Shown here: piece after piece, positions 1 to 10,204 of the stretch
How positions within the stretch are numbered: position 1 is the stretch's first letter
How the letters are laid out: each line of letters opens with the position of its first letter
Source: Nitrospirota bacterium
GTDB lineage: Bacteria > Nitrospirota > Thermodesulfovibrionia > Thermodesulfovibrionales > JdFR-85
Assembly (NCBI GenBank): GCA_011051565.1
Contig: DRKX01000121.1
Span: 1 to 54,681, forward strand
Reading direction: 5' to 3'
DNA: 54,681 bases
Program-made: the position numbers and the translations under genes
The notes under the pieces: generated by a model
What the model saw: the letters and a program-made list of their open reading frames with translations, nothing else
Databases searched by the model: none
What the model was told of the DNA's origin: nothing

Positions 1-169
1 CGGGCATCTTGAGGTCGAGGAGCACCGAGGCCGGCCGGTCCCTCCTGAAGACCTCCAGCGCCTCTCTGCCGTTCGAAGCACCGATCACGGAAAAGCCGTT
101 GCTCTCGAGTATCTCGGTCAAGACGAGCCTGACCACGTGTTCGTCGTCTACGATCAAGACCTTCTGCAC
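1..169 (-). CDS. Response regulator, N-terminal receiver domain (partial, runs off window start)
   Basis: Not in ORF track. Manual translation from GTG at 169: MQKVLIVDDEHVVRLVLTEILESNGFSVIGASNGREALEVFRRDRPASVLLDLKMP, with the REC motifs LIVDD and LLDLKMP. GAGGGG lies upstream. Confidence 0.9.
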   Translation of the reverse strand, partial: MQKVLIVDDEHVVRLVLTEILESNGFSVIGASNGREALEVFRRDRPASVLLDLKMP

Positions 170-440
170 CTAAGCTGCACCCCCTCGACCCCTGCAAAGG
201 ACGTGGCCGCTGTAGCCGTATCCATCCTCACGACTGTAATCATGACGCGCTGCCGGACGAAACGACCCTGACGGGAACCTGTGGAGGGTTGGGAAGGCCC
301 ATGCATCAAACCTTGAACACGCAGCAGGTGCCCTCCCGACTCTTTCCGCCCCCCGGAGTCAGGAAAATATAAAAATACGGCTCAAACCCCTGTTGCTTCT
401 TTCCGCCTCCGGATCATGTCCGGAGCATCACCATACGGAT

Positions 441-468
441 TTATCGGACATCCGGATTATTAACTTTA
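441..468 (-). promoter_or_regulatory. Putative sigma-28 (FliA/SigD-type) promoter
   Basis: Minus strand reads TAAAGTTA-ATAATCCGGATG-TCCGATAA, i.e. TAAA-N16-TCCGATAA versus consensus TAAA-N15-GCCGATAA. Oriented toward the response regulator. Confidence 0.6.
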
Positions 469-492
469 ATTCATAAAGAGCGTGTTTACCTA

Positions 493-501
493 ATTATACC
501 A
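493..501 (-). promoter_or_regulatory. Putative sigma-70 extended -10 element
   Basis: Minus strand TGgTATAAT in an AT-rich intergenic patch. Confidence 0.45.
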
Positions 502-530
502 CAGGGGAGGGCCGAGGAAAGCCGTTCAAC

Positions 531-1382
531 TCAGAGGACCTTGTCCAGGAGGGTGAACCCGAAGACGGTGAGGCTTATGTAGCCGTTCATGTTGAAGAAG
601 GCGATGTCGAGCCTGCTCAGGTCGTCCTCCTTCACGAGGCGGTGTTCGTAGACGAGGAGCACACCGACGACGATGAGCCCGGCATGGAAAGCCGCACCGA
701 GATCGAAGACGGCGGCGGTCAGGAGCAGGAGCAGCCACGTGAGCGCGTGGAACATGCGTGAGAGGAGCAGAGACCTCCTGATACCGAACCTCTGGGGGAT
801 CGAATGGAGCCCTGCTCTCTTGTCGAACTCCACGTCCTGGAGCGCATAGAGTATGTCAAACCCGGCGAGCCAGAAGACGACGGAGAGCGCCAGCGGCACT
901 ATCTCGCCGTCGAACGTCCCCCTCAGAGCGATCCAGGCGCCCAGGGGAGCACCGGCTATCGCCGTACCGAGCACCAGGTGGCTCAGCCACGTGAACCTCT
1001 TCGTGTATGGATACAGGACGAAGACCGCGAGGGCCAGCGGCGAGAGCTTCAGACAGAGGGGGTTGAGCATGTAAGCCGCATACAGGAAGAGTGCCACAGA
1101 TGCGGCTATGAAGGCTGCGGCCTCGGCCCTCCCTATGGTCCCGGCCGGGAGTTCACGCATCGAGGTCCTCGGGTTGAGGGCGTCGATCTTGCGGTCTATG
1201 ACCCTGTTGAGGCCCATTGCGGCCGACCTGCCGCCGACCATCGCCGCAGTGATCCAGAAGACCTTCCTCCACGACGGGATCCCGTCAGCAGCAAGCAGGG
1301 CGGCCGTGAATGCAAACGGAAGGGCGAAGACCGAGTGTGAGAACTTTATCATCCTGAGGTAGACTGCAGCCCTTGCCAGCAT
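531..1382 (-). CDS. UbiA-family prenyltransferase (MqnP / putative 4-hydroxybenzoate polyprenyltransferase type)
   Basis: MIKFSHSVFALPFA N-terminus; Asp-rich motifs NRVIDRKIDALNPRT and DILYALQDVEFD; AFFNMNG; multiple TM helices. Confidence 0.9.
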   Translation of the reverse strand: MLARAAVYLRMIKFSHSVFALPFAFTAALLAADGIPSWRKVFWITAAMVGGRSAAMGLNRVIDRKIDALNPRTSMRELPAGTIGRAEAAAFIAASVALFLYAAYMLNPLCLKLSPLALAVFVLYPYTKRFTWLSHLVLGTAIAGAPLGAWIALRGTFDGEIVPLALSVVFWLAGFDILYALQDVEFDKRAGLHSIPQRFGIRRSLLLSRMFHALTWLLLLLTAAVFDLGAAFHAGLIVVGVLLVYEHRLVKEDDLSRLDIAFFNMNGYISLTVFGFTLLDKVL

Positions 1383-1385
1383 GTT

Positions 1386-1742
1386 CTAAGGTTTGATGTA
1401 GGCGAAACCTTCGGCCTGCCTCCTGATCAGCTCGGTCACCCCCGCTGGCACGACACCGAGGAAGCCGGGGAGGTTGTTCTCGTCTATGCAGAGCGTGCCT
1501 GATGCGCAGAGGTTCCTGATGGAGTTCCGGCAGGCAAGGAACCTCACGCCCCGGGCGGCGAGTTCCTCCATCACCTTCACCTTTTCAGCGTCTCCATAGG
1601 CCTCGACCGCGGGGCCGTTCGAGAGCACAACGACCTCTGCGCCGTCATCTCCCACATCCCTCAGCAGGTTCGTGATGTTTGCGAGGGCTACGTCCCACCT
1701 CGGCGTCTCATTGACGTGGAATACGACTCTCAGCCTGCTCAC
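1386..1742 (-). CDS. DsrE/DsrF-like family protein
   Basis: 118 aa; [30 protein letters not shown] and C-terminal GFAYIKP are typical of this family. GTGA overlap with ilvN. Confidence 0.8.
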   Translation of the reverse strand: MSRLRVVFHVNETPRWDVALANITNLLRDVGDDGAEVVVLSNGPAVEAYGDAEKVKVMEELAARGVRFLACRNSIRNLCASGTLCIDENNLPGFLGVVPAGVTELIRRQAEGFAYIKP

Positions 1743-2230
1743 CGGGTCTTCTTCACCCCCTCTCGAGCTATAGCGATCTTTCCGGTCCTTACGAATTCCT
1801 TTATCCCGAACGGCTTTATGAGCTCGACGAAGGCGGCTATCTTCTTCTCGTCGCCGGTGATCTCGAAGGTATACGTCTTGGGGCTCGAATCGACCACACG
1901 GCCGCGGAATATCTCCGCAAGCCTGAGTGCCTCGGCCTTGTCCTGCTGCTTGGGTGCGATCTTGACCAGGATCATCTCTCTCTCGACATGGTCCACCTCG
2001 GTGAGGTCGACGACCTTTATCACATCGATGAGCTTGTTGAGCTGCTTGGTGATCTGTTCGATTATCAGGTCGTCGCCCGTGGTGACGATGGTCATCAGCG
2101 AGATGTTCGGGTCGATGGTCTCGTCCACGGAGAGGCTCTCTATGTTGTAACCGCGGCCGCTGAAGAGCCCCGCGACCCTCGACAGGACACCGAACTTGTT
2201 TTCAACGAGTACGCTTATCGTATGTCTCAT
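1739..2230 (-). CDS. ilvN: Acetolactate synthase small (regulatory) subunit
   Basis: True start at [33 protein letters not shown] (ATG 2230); ACT domain; directly downstream of ilvB. Confidence 0.96.
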   Translation of the reverse strand: MRHTISVLVENKFGVLSRVAGLFSGRGYNIESLSVDETIDPNISLMTIVTTGDDLIIEQITKQLNKLIDVIKVVDLTEVDHVEREMILVKIAPKQQDKAEALRLAEIFRGRVVDSSPKTYTFEITGDEKKIAAFVELIKPFGIKEFVRTGKIAIAREGVKKTR

Positions 2231-2244
2231 GGTCTTTAAACCCC

Positions 2245-3987
2245 CTATTTGACCGCCCGGAGCTTCTTCGTCTTCTTCTCTTCCGCTTCTTCTCCCAGGA
2301 TCATCTCGTCTATGGCCGCACCGGCAGGCACCATCGGGAAGACCTTCTCCCTCCAATCGACGACGAAGTCCATGAAGACGGGCCTGTCCTTCACCTTGAG
2401 GGCGGCCTTTATTACGGGTTCCACCTCCGAGGGCTTCACGGCCCTGAGCCCCACTGCACCGTATCCCTCTGCAACCTTGACAAAATCGGGCACCGTGTCG
2501 AGATGACTGCAGGAATAACGCTCCTTGAAGAAGAGTTCCTGCCACTGCCTCACCATTCCGAGGTACTGGTTGTTGAGTATGGCGACCTTTACCGGCAGCT
2601 TGTAGAGCACGCAGGTTGCGAGTTCCTGGATGTTCATCTGTATGCTGCCGTCTCCGGCTATGTCGATCACCGTCTTTCCGGGGTGGGCCAGCTGTGCGCC
2701 CATTGCAGCCGGAAAACCGTAGCCCATGGTGCCGAGGCCGCCCGAGGTGAGCAGGGTGCGCGGCTTGTCGTATTTGAAGAACTGGGCGGCCCACATCTGG
2801 TTCTGTCCCACCTCTGTCGATATTATAGCGTTGCCCTTCGTCAATTCGTACAGCTTTTCAACGACGAACTGGGGCTTTATGACCGTGTCACTGTATGCGT
2901 AGCTCAACGGGTGCTCCTTCTTCCACTGCCCGATCTGCTTGAGCCAGGCCTTGCGTACCGGCTCCCACTGGGCCCTGTCCTCCTCTTCCTTCAATTCACT
3001 GAGGAGGGACTTCAGTATCCGCTTCGCGTCACCGACGATGGGTATGTCGACCCGCACGTTCTTCCTTATGGACGTGGGGTCTATGTCTATGTGGATGATC
3101 TTTGCATGGGGTGCGAAGTCCTTGACCCTTCCCGTGACCCTGTCGTCGAACCTGATGCCCACGGCCACCAGCAGGTCCGACTCCTGGATCGCCTTGTTGG
3201 CATAGTATGTACCGTGCATGCCGAGCATGCCGAGTGATAGCTCGTGGGTGCCGGGAATGTCGCCGAGTCCCATCAGGGTCATCGTGACCGGCAGGCGCGC
3301 GTACTCGGCAAGCTCTCTCAGCTCCTTGCTCGCGTTGGAGAGCACGACTCCTCCGCCTGCTATGATGACGGCCTTCTTCGCCTTGTGGATGGTGCGTGCC
3401 GCCTGCTTAATCATCCACTTGTTTCCCTCGTATGTGGGATTGTAACTGCGCAGGCTTACATGCTCGGGCCACTTGAATGTCGTCTTGTCGCTGGTGACGT
3501 CCTTCGGCAGGTCTATGAGGACCGGACCCGGCCTGCCCGTGGTCGCTATGTAGAAGGCCTCCCTCAGGGTCCTGGCGAGGTCCTTGACATCCTTCACGAG
3601 GTAGTTGTGCTTGGTGCACGGTCTCGTTATTCCGACTATGTCGGCCTCCTGGAAGGCATCGTTTCCGATCAGTCCAGTCGAGACCTGTCCTGTCAGGACG
3701 ATGAGCGGGACCGAGTCCATGTAGGCAGTGGCCACACCGGTCACGGTGTTGGTCGCTCCCGGCCCAGAGGTGACGAGGGCGACTCCGGGTCTTCCCGTGG
3801 AGCGTGCGTATCCGTCGGCTGCATGCACAGCCCCCTGCTCGTGCCGTGTCAGGATCACCTGCAGGTCCTCGTTGTCGTAGAGGAGGTCGAATATGTTCAG
3901 GACGACGCCCCCGGGATAGCCGAATATGTGCTTGACCCCTTCCCTCTTCAGGCATTCTATCAATATTTCCGCACCTGACATCCTCAT
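2245..3987 (-). CDS. ilvB: Acetolactate synthase large subunit, biosynthetic type
   Basis: [41 protein letters not shown]...NN TPP motif, GMVRQWQ. Confidence 0.97.
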   Translation of the reverse strand: MRMSGAEILIECLKREGVKHIFGYPGGVVLNIFDLLYDNEDLQVILTRHEQGAVHAADGYARSTGRPGVALVTSGPGATNTVTGVATAYMDSVPLIVLTGQVSTGLIGNDAFQEADIVGITRPCTKHNYLVKDVKDLARTLREAFYIATTGRPGPVLIDLPKDVTSDKTTFKWPEHVSLRSYNPTYEGNKWMIKQAARTIHKAKKAVIIAGGGVVLSNASKELRELAEYARLPVTMTLMGLGDIPGTHELSLGMLGMHGTYYANKAIQESDLLVAVGIRFDDRVTGRVKDFAPHAKIIHIDIDPTSIRKNVRVDIPIVGDAKRILKSLLSELKEEEDRAQWEPVRKAWLKQIGQWKKEHPLSYAYSDTVIKPQFVVEKLYELTKGNAIISTEVGQNQMWAAQFFKYDKPRTLLTSGGLGTMGYGFPAAMGAQLAHPGKTVIDIAGDGSIQMNIQELATCVLYKLPVKVAILNNQYLGMVRQWQELFFKERYSCSHLDTVPDFVKVAEGYGAVGLRAVKPSEVEPVIKAALKVKDRPVFMDFVVDWREKVFPMVPAGAAIDEMILGEEAEEKKTKKLRAVK

Positions 3988-4057
3988 CTTCTCATCTGCT
4001 CCTTGTGAATATCTTTATTGGTTTTCGATTCAGTCTTAAATATTATCATACATCGTC

Positions 4058-4702
4058 TCATTCTTTCCAGCCGTACCTGCCTACAAGGGGTACGAAGACA
4101 CAGGGCGTGTGGTGTTCCTCGGTGATCCCGCCCTCTCTCTTACGGAGCCTTATCAGCTGCTGGCTGAATCGTGCCCCGACCGGGGCGACGAGTATCCCGT
4201 TGTCGGCGAGCTGTTCCCTGAGGGGCGCGGGTACTTCCGGCGTGCCGGCCGTTATGATGATCCTGTCGAAAGGGGCCTTGTCTGGCAGCCCCTCGGTACC
4301 GTCACCTATCATTATATGTACGTTGTCATAGCCGAGTCTTTCGAGGCGCTCCCGGGCCTTTACCGCCAGGGGTTCCACGCGCTCGACGGAATAGACCTCA
4401 GCAGCCAGTTCCGCAAGTATCGCCGCCTGGTATCCAGAGCCCGTTCCCACCTCGAGCACGCGCTCATCCCCCTTCAGCTCGAGCAGTTCCGTCATCACGG
4501 CGACCATGTAGGGCTGCGAGATGGTCTGCCCGTTGCCTATCGGGAGGGCCATGTCATCGTATGCCTTGTGCTGCAGGGATTCGCCGACGAAGAGGTGGCG
4601 CGGCACCTTCAGCATCGCCTCGAGCACGCGCGCGTCCCTGATCCCCCTCGGGACGAGCTGGGTCTCGACCATCAGCCGTCTCAGCTCTTCGTAATCGGTC
4701 AT
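4058..4702 (-). CDS. pcm: Protein-L-isoaspartate O-methyltransferase
   Basis: [43 protein letters not shown]. Confidence 0.96.
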   Translation of the reverse strand: MTDYEELRRLMVETQLVPRGIRDARVLEAMLKVPRHLFVGESLQHKAYDDMALPIGNGQTISQPYMVAVMTELLELKGDERVLEVGTGSGYQAAILAELAAEVYSVERVEPLAVKARERLERLGYDNVHIMIGDGTEGLPDKAPFDRIIITAGTPEVPAPLREQLADNGILVAPVGARFSQQLIRLRKREGGITEEHHTPCVFVPLVGRYGWKE

Positions 4703-6093
4703 TGAATCCTCGCGAGAACCGCCCGTGCCGCAATGACCCCTGAAGCAGAGGCCTGGATGAGTCCGCGGCTGACCCCTGCGCCGTCACCTATGGCGAAGAG
4801 GTTTTCTACCTCGGTCTCGAGCTCCTGTGTCAGCTTTATCTGCATCGAGTAGAACTTGACCTCCACACCATACAGCAGGGTATGCCTCGAGTTGACACCC
4901 GGGGCTATGCGGTCAAGCGCCTCCATCATCTCGAGGATGTCCGTGAGATACCTGTAGGGCAGGACAAAGCTGAGGTCTCCGGGGGTGGTATCCTTGAGTG
5001 TGGGTTCCACTATGCCTGAGGCTATCCGTTCAGGGGTCGAGCGCCTGCCCCGCCTGAGGTCTCCGAGGCGCTGAACGATGACGCCCTGCCCGAGGAAGTT
5101 TGCAAGCCTGGCGATATACCTGCCGTAGGATATGGGCTCTTTGAACGGCTCAGTGAAGTACGTGCTCACCAGGAGGGCGAAGTTCGTGTTGCCGGTCTTG
5201 CGGCGCGCATAGCTGTGGCCGTTCACCGTCCAGACTCCCTTGAGATACTCCTTGACGACCTCGCCGTAGGGGTTGACGCAGAAGGTCCTGACCCTGTCGT
5301 CGAACGCCTTCGAGTAATAGACGAGTTTAGGCTCATAGGTGACGGATGTGAGCGGTTCCATCACGGATGCAGGCACTTCGACCCTCACGCCCACGTCCAC
5401 GGCGTTGTTGAGGAGTGTCAGTTTCAGCCTCTTGGCCTCCCTTTCGAGCCATCTCGACCCCTCGCGGCCCGGGGCCGACAGGATGAACCTCCCGGCGTAC
5501 TCCTCCCCGCTGATCAGCTTCACTCCGGTGGCGCGCGTGCCGTCGGTGAGTATGCGTGTCACCTTCCTGTTGAAGATCACGTCTATCTTCTCATCTATGT
5601 AAATGCGCATCCGTTTCAGGAGTTCCCTGCAACGCTCTGTCCCGATGTGTCTTATCATCGTGTGGATGAAGAGCAGGTCGTTCTTGGATGCAAGGTTCTT
5701 GATCCTCTCGATCTCGTCCGAGGCCTCGCCGAATATCTTCTCAGGGGCGCCGTATCGCCTGTATACGTCGTCGACGTAGCTTATGAGCCCCTCGATCGTC
5801 TCCTTCGGCATGTATCTGGAGAGGTGGCCTCCCACCTCCGAGGAGAGGCTCAGTTTGCCGTCACTGAACGCCCCTGCCCCGCCCCATCCGCTCAGCAGGT
5901 CACAAACGGCGCAGGACGCGCAGGAGCTCTTTCCGTGCATGAGCGGGCAACTCCTATCGTCGATGTCACTGCCCTTCTCGACGAGCAGAATCTTCAGCCC
6001 GGGTGCCTCTTTCAGCAGCTCGAGCACCGCGAAGATGCCGGCCGGCCCGGCACCTATGACTATTACGTCGTAGATGTTCTCTGTGTCAGGCAA
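4699..6093 (-). CDS. NAD(P)/FAD-dependent oxidoreductase (COG2509-like, uncharacterised)
   Basis: GAGPAG Rossmann motif, Cys cluster C-x8-C-x2-C-x2-[41 protein letters not shown]. Probable TTG start at 6093 after GGAGGG. Confidence 0.85.
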   Translation of the reverse strand: MPDTENIYDVIVIGAGPAGIFAVLELLKEAPGLKILLVEKGSDIDDRSCPLMHGKSSCASCAVCDLLSGWGGAGAFSDGKLSLSSEVGGHLSRYMPKETIEGLISYVDDVYRRYGAPEKIFGEASDEIERIKNLASKNDLLFIHTMIRHIGTERCRELLKRMRIYIDEKIDVIFNRKVTRILTDGTRATGVKLISGEEYAGRFILSAPGREGSRWLEREAKRLKLTLLNNAVDVGVRVEVPASVMEPLTSVTYEPKLVYYSKAFDDRVRTFCVNPYGEVVKEYLKGVWTVNGHSYARRKTGNTNFALLVSTYFTEPFKEPISYGRYIARLANFLGQGVIVQRLGDLRRGRRSTPERIASGIVEPTLKDTTPGDLSFVLPYRYLTDILEMMEALDRIAPGVNSRHTLLYGVEVKFYSMQIKLTQELETEVENLFAIGDGAGVSRGLIQASASGVIAARAVLARIQ

Positions 6094-6844
6094 GGTCCCT
6101 CCAGTTCTCCTTGAGGTATGTGAGCGCCTCATAGTTGGTCAGGTCGAGGTGTATGGGCGTTATGGATATGTATCCGTTGGTGACGGCGTCGAAGTCCGTG
6201 TCATTGCCTTCCTCCCACGATGGTGTGCCCCCGCCTATCCAGAAGTGTCTCCTTCCCCAGGGGTCGAAGGTCTCATGGATCGCATTGTCATACACCCGCT
6301 TGCCCTGCCTGGTGAACTTGACCCCCTTGACCTCGGCTTCCGGCAGGTCCGGCACGTTCACGTTCAGGAGCGTATCAGGCGGAAGCCCGCCGTCGAGGAC
6401 AAACCTGACGAGCCTCCTGGAGAAGCTCGCAGCGGTCTCGAAACATATCCGCCGGTCCTTGGTGAGGATCGTGGAGACCGCCACCGAGGGGATGCCGAAT
6501 ATCGTACCCTCGATAGCGGCTGAGACGGTTCCGGAGTAGGTGATGTCGTCTCCGAGGTTCGCACCGCGGTTTATGCCCGATATCACCATGACCGGTCTCT
6601 CGGGGAGCACCTTCTCGACAGCCACCACTACACAGTCGGTCGGTGTGCCGTTCACGGTATAAATCCTTTCTTCAACCTCCTCGACCCTGAGGGGACGGTG
6701 CATGGTGAGGGCGTGGCTGACGGCGCTCTTCTCCCTGTCGGGCGCCACGATGTAGGCGTCTGCGATCTCCTTCATAGCCCTGTACAAGGCCGCCAGGCCC
6801 TCGGACTGTATCCCGTCGTCGTTGGTAACCAGGATTATCGGCAT
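6086..6844 (-). CDS. surE: 5'/3'-nucleotidase SurE
   Basis: ILVTNDDG, SAVSHALT, NGTPTDCV, SGINRGANLG, YSGTVSAA; start at ATG 6844. Confidence 0.96.
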   Translation of the reverse strand: MPIILVTNDDGIQSEGLAALYRAMKEIADAYIVAPDREKSAVSHALTMHRPLRVEEVEERIYTVNGTPTDCVVVAVEKVLPERPVMVISGINRGANLGDDITYSGTVSAAIEGTIFGIPSVAVSTILTKDRRICFETAASFSRRLVRFVLDGGLPPDTLLNVNVPDLPEAEVKGVKFTRQGKRVYDNAIHETFDPWGRRHFWIGGGTPSWEEGNDTDFDAVTNGYISITPIHLDLTNYEALTYLKENWRDLA

Positions 6845-6851
6845 GACCGGT

Positions 6852-7673
6852 TCACCTCCAGAATGATAGGTCCCTTCCAAGGAACTCTTCAAGCCTGCGC
6901 GTGTCTTCTCTTACATGTTCGTTTATGCGCTTGCGGACGTCTTCGGGTATCGCGTCCTTTTCAGCCCCCTTGGTGTTGAACCTCTTGATCCCCTCGCTGA
7001 CGCCGAGCCTGTTGAGTACGGACTTCAACTTGAGGAGCCTCAGTCTGCGGAGCAGGTCTCCTGTGCCGGTTATCAACTTCTCTACCATCATGTTCCGCGG
7101 TTCCCTGAACTGATTGTACTTCTCGTAGACACTCTCCGGATAGAACTCCTCGACCCCCAGGAAGTCATAGACCTCCTTTAGGTATGCCTTCGGGTCCTTC
7201 CTGAGGTCCTCGAACAGGAGGACGAGTATCCTGTCGCGGTCGAAGAACTCGAGATACCTCGACAGGTGCCTCCAGTAGAGGATGTTGTCGAGGAACTCCG
7301 CCTCCTCCTCGATCACTGTCTTCACGTCCTTGTCGGTGTATCCCCTCGACAGCCACAGATTGTATAGGGAATATACCTGCTCCGGGGGGTTGCGGAGCGA
7401 GGCTATGAGCTTGATGTCCGGAAAGTGCCTGTATATGCGTCCTGCCGCCTGCGGCGAACTCAGATAGGTGGGAGATATGTCTCCGGCACACTTCTCTCCG
7501 CGGCGGCCTTCGAAGAACTTCTCGTACCAGCCGATCCCCTTGTCGTAGTGGTGACTGAAGAACATCAGTTCCTTCTCGTCTGGAAGGAAGATGTCGGGAT
7601 GTTCCTTGAGCACCCTGTACAGCCAGGTGGTCCCGGCACGATATGTCCCGATGCATAGAAAGTTAGGTCCCAT
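6852..7673 (-). CDS. PAPS-dependent sulfotransferase family protein
   Basis: PNFLCIG..RAGTTWL (5'-PSB loop), HPDIF...KELMFF, SPTYL, LRNP...YS (3'-PB), FEDL, FLGV. Confidence 0.88.
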   Translation of the reverse strand: MGPNFLCIGTYRAGTTWLYRVLKEHPDIFLPDEKELMFFSHHYDKGIGWYEKFFEGRRGEKCAGDISPTYLSSPQAAGRIYRHFPDIKLIASLRNPPEQVYSLYNLWLSRGYTDKDVKTVIEEEAEFLDNILYWRHLSRYLEFFDRDRILVLLFEDLRKDPKAYLKEVYDFLGVEEFYPESVYEKYNQFREPRNMMVEKLITGTGDLLRRLRLLKLKSVLNRLGVSEGIKRFNTKGAEKDAIPEDVRKRINEHVREDTRRLEEFLGRDLSFWR

Positions 7674-7839
7674 AAGAGAGTACGCTGCTGGTCAAACAGA
7701 CGACCCGAGGCCTTTGCCGAGCATCAATCTGCAGCAAATACGCCGGACAGGGTTTGGTCGTACGGTGTCATTTTATTATACCCCATGGGAGGACGGTCTG
7801 TATACATGAGCGGAACGGCGCCGTAGGGCTCGCAGCGTC

Positions 7840-8406
7840 TCATTTCAGGCACGCCCTCTTCACGTGCAGTATCCTCTGGATCACGGTCAGGTGGGTCAAG
7901 ACGAAGAGAACCCAGAGGACGGGCAGGAAGTAGCCGGTGAAACAGGCCACCGAGATGAGGATTATCCGTTCGGGTCGCTCCATTATGCCGGTATGGCAGT
8001 TCCTGCCGAGTGCTCCGGCACGCGCCCTCGCATAGCTGATGAGGAACGCTCCCACGAGGGCCCCGATGCTGAGAAAGACACCGGTCTGCTCTTCCTGTAG
8101 CATCATGTACCATGCGATGGCGAGAAAGAGGAAGGCATCCGAGTAGCGGTCGAGCACGGAGTCGAGAAAGGCCCCGAAGTCGGTGACCTTTCCGTTCGTC
8201 CTCGCCACCACCCCGTCGAGGACGTCAAAGGCCCCGCCGACCAGTATCAGCACCCCCCCGGCCTTCGGATTGAATGGAATGGTCACAGCGGCTGCAACCG
8301 TGATGAGGAAGCCTGATGTCGTGAAGAAGTTCGGGGTCAACCGTATCCGTCTTGCGATGGGCTCCAGCGGTTTGTCAAGGAAATGTCCCAGCTTTGCACT
8401 CAGCAT
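7840..8406 (-). CDS. CDP-alcohol phosphatidyltransferase (phosphatidylinositol-phosphate-synthase-like)
   Basis: TPN, signature DGxxARx8GxxxDxxxD (DGVVARTNGKVTDFGAFLDSVLD), SYARAR and ERPER. Confidence 0.85.
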   Translation of the reverse strand: MLSAKLGHFLDKPLEPIARRIRLTPNFFTTSGFLITVAAAVTIPFNPKAGGVLILVGGAFDVLDGVVARTNGKVTDFGAFLDSVLDRYSDAFLFLAIAWYMMLQEEQTGVFLSIGALVGAFLISYARARAGALGRNCHTGIMERPERIILISVACFTGYFLPVLWVLFVLTHLTVIQRILHVKRACLK

Positions 8407-8410
8407 GCCT

Positions 8411-8860
8411 TCAGTCTATCCTTATGTTCCTTGCCGTCTCTCTCGACCTCTTCGGCAGTACGACCCTGAGGATTCCGTCCCTGAGTGTCGCGGTTATCGC
8501 TCCGGCGTCGACGCCTTCTGGAAGGAGAAAAGACCTCTTGAAAGCACCGTAGGAGCACTCGACCATGTGGTACTTCCCGCCGCCCTCCTCCGGGGACAGG
8601 GCGTGGACATGAGGCCTGTAACCCTTTATCACGAGCGTATTGCCCTCTACCTTGATATCGAGCCCCTTCTCGTTCACCCCCGGAATCTCCGCGTTCACGA
8701 CGAACTCTTCATCCGTCTCGTAGATGTCGACGCGTGGAGACCAGGAGACGGACCCGCCCTCCCCCGTCGATTCCATCTCGACAAGGACGTCCTCGAAGAG
8801 TCTGTTGACCCTCTCCTGTATGGATATCAGGTCTCTTATGGTCCCTTTCTTTCCTCTCAC
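8411..8860 (-). CDS. Small heat shock protein, Hsp20/alpha-crystallin family
   Basis: WSPRVDIYET, AEIPGV, YGAFKRSFLLP, DGILRVVLPK, C-terminal IxI. Confidence 0.92.
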   Translation of the reverse strand: MRGKKGTIRDLISIQERVNRLFEDVLVEMESTGEGGSVSWSPRVDIYETDEEFVVNAEIPGVNEKGLDIKVEGNTLVIKGYRPHVHALSPEEGGGKYHMVECSYGAFKRSFLLPEGVDAGAITATLRDGILRVVLPKRSRETARNIRID

Positions 8861-8965
8861 CGCTTCCCCCCTCGACCGTGTAAACCACAGCTGATTACAG
8901 GGATAATTTTAACCTAACCCGGTCGGTTTATGATACCTGAAACGGTACCGGCTCTCACAGAAGAC

Positions 8966-9706
8966 CTACAGTGACTTCAGTCCTTCTGCAAACTCTCTCG
9001 TATTCAGCCTGTCCACTACGGTATAGTTTATATGAGAGCTTATCAGCGCTTCAAGCCCTGCCAGGACCTCAGCGGACAACCTGAGCCTCTTGACGGTTTC
9101 CGGTCCGGTCCTCAGGAGGTAATTGTAGACCCTCTGCACAGGGGGGCTGAGTTCCATGAACCCGCCGGAGAATCCTGCACAACCGCTGCAGAGCGTGCTA
9201 CCTTCGCTGAAGTAGAACCTCCCGGCCGGTTTGCCGCATCTGGGGCACACGCCCACCCTGGGTGCATACCCCGCGATCGAGAGCAGCTTGAGCTTGTAGA
9301 AGGTCAAGTGGAGCGGATTTTCCGGCTCCTGTTCGAGGGACGCAAGCAGGTTGAGCAGGAGCGGAAAGGCCTTCCTGTTGGGCTCCCTCTCGGGTAGCAG
9401 CTTCAGTGTCAGCTCGAAGGCCTCCGATATCCTTAGGAAGGCTGTCGTGGACTCCCTCAACATGTTGAATGGCCTCACTATGTCGGACTGTGTCAGCCGC
9501 GGCAGGGCCGTATGCTCTTTGCCGAAGTAGCCTATCCTCGCATACGTGAGGGGTTCGAGGCTGCTTCCGAACCTGCTTCCGACCTTCCTCGGGCTCTTTG
9601 CATAGAGGCTCAGCACGCCGCTGCACGGCGTGAGGTAGGTTACGATCAGGTCGGCGTCGTGGTGGGGCCTGTTTCTCAGGACGATACCCTTTGTCTTTTT
9701 CAACAT
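8966..9706 (-). CDS. recO: DNA repair protein RecO
   Basis: KGIVLR...DADLIV OB fold, SRFGSSLEPLT, CPRC...CSGC zinc finger; near era; start ATG 9706. Confidence 0.9.
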   Translation of the reverse strand: MLKKTKGIVLRNRPHHDADLIVTYLTPCSGVLSLYAKSPRKVGSRFGSSLEPLTYARIGYFGKEHTALPRLTQSDIVRPFNMLRESTTAFLRISEAFELTLKLLPEREPNRKAFPLLLNLLASLEQEPENPLHLTFYKLKLLSIAGYAPRVGVCPRCGKPAGRFYFSEGSTLCSGCAGFSGGFMELSPPVQRVYNYLLRTGPETVKRLRLSAEVLAGLEALISSHINYTVVDRLNTREFAEGLKSL

Positions 9707-9751
9707 TATCCGGATTGAAGGTCTGCGCCGCCGCACTCCCCTCCAGGTGCG

Positions 9752-10204
9752 CTACATGATGTTCCCGAAGTCTTCGGGTTTCAGATTTTTCAGCCATTCC
9801 TCCAGCTCGTCGGTATGCCTTTTTTCGAGTATGTCGTCTTCGACGAATATCGGCACATGTAGCCTCAAGGCTATGGCAACGGCGTCACTCGGCCTTGAAT
9901 CCACCGGAATCTCCTTTGTGCCGTCATGCAGGTAGAGGCTCGCGTAATAGGTGTTGTCTATTATATCGGTGACTACTATCCTCGATATTCCCACATTCAG
10001 GGTCGTCAGGATGTTCTTCAGCAGGTCGTGGGTCAGTGGCCTCGGCGTTATGACGCGGCCGAGGGCGAGGGCTATGGAGTCCGCTTCCGGTTTCCCGATC
10101 CAGATCGGCAGGGTCTGGTTCCCCTCTATCTCCTTGAGCAGAAGGATGTACATGCCGCTTCTCGGGTCGAACAGCAGTCCTTCCACCTTCATCTGGATAA
10201 GCAT
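9752..10204 (-). CDS. Bifunctional nuclease domain protein (DUF151/BFN)
   Basis: LPIWIG..EA.SIA, RPLTHDL, DSRPSDAVAIALR. Confidence 0.92.
   Translation of the reverse strand: MLIQMKVEGLLFDPRSGMYILLLKEIEGNQTLPIWIGKPEADSIALALGRVITPRPLTHDLLKNILTTLNVGISRIVVTDIIDNTYYASLYLHDGTKEIPVDSRPSDAVAIALRLHVPIFVEDDILEKRHTDELEEWLKNLKPEDFGNIM

Noticed and set aside
1739-2794. 351-aa ORF as an N-terminally extended IlvN fusion
   Set aside because: The extension overlaps ilvB out of frame and is not protein-like; the IlvN family start is at 2230.
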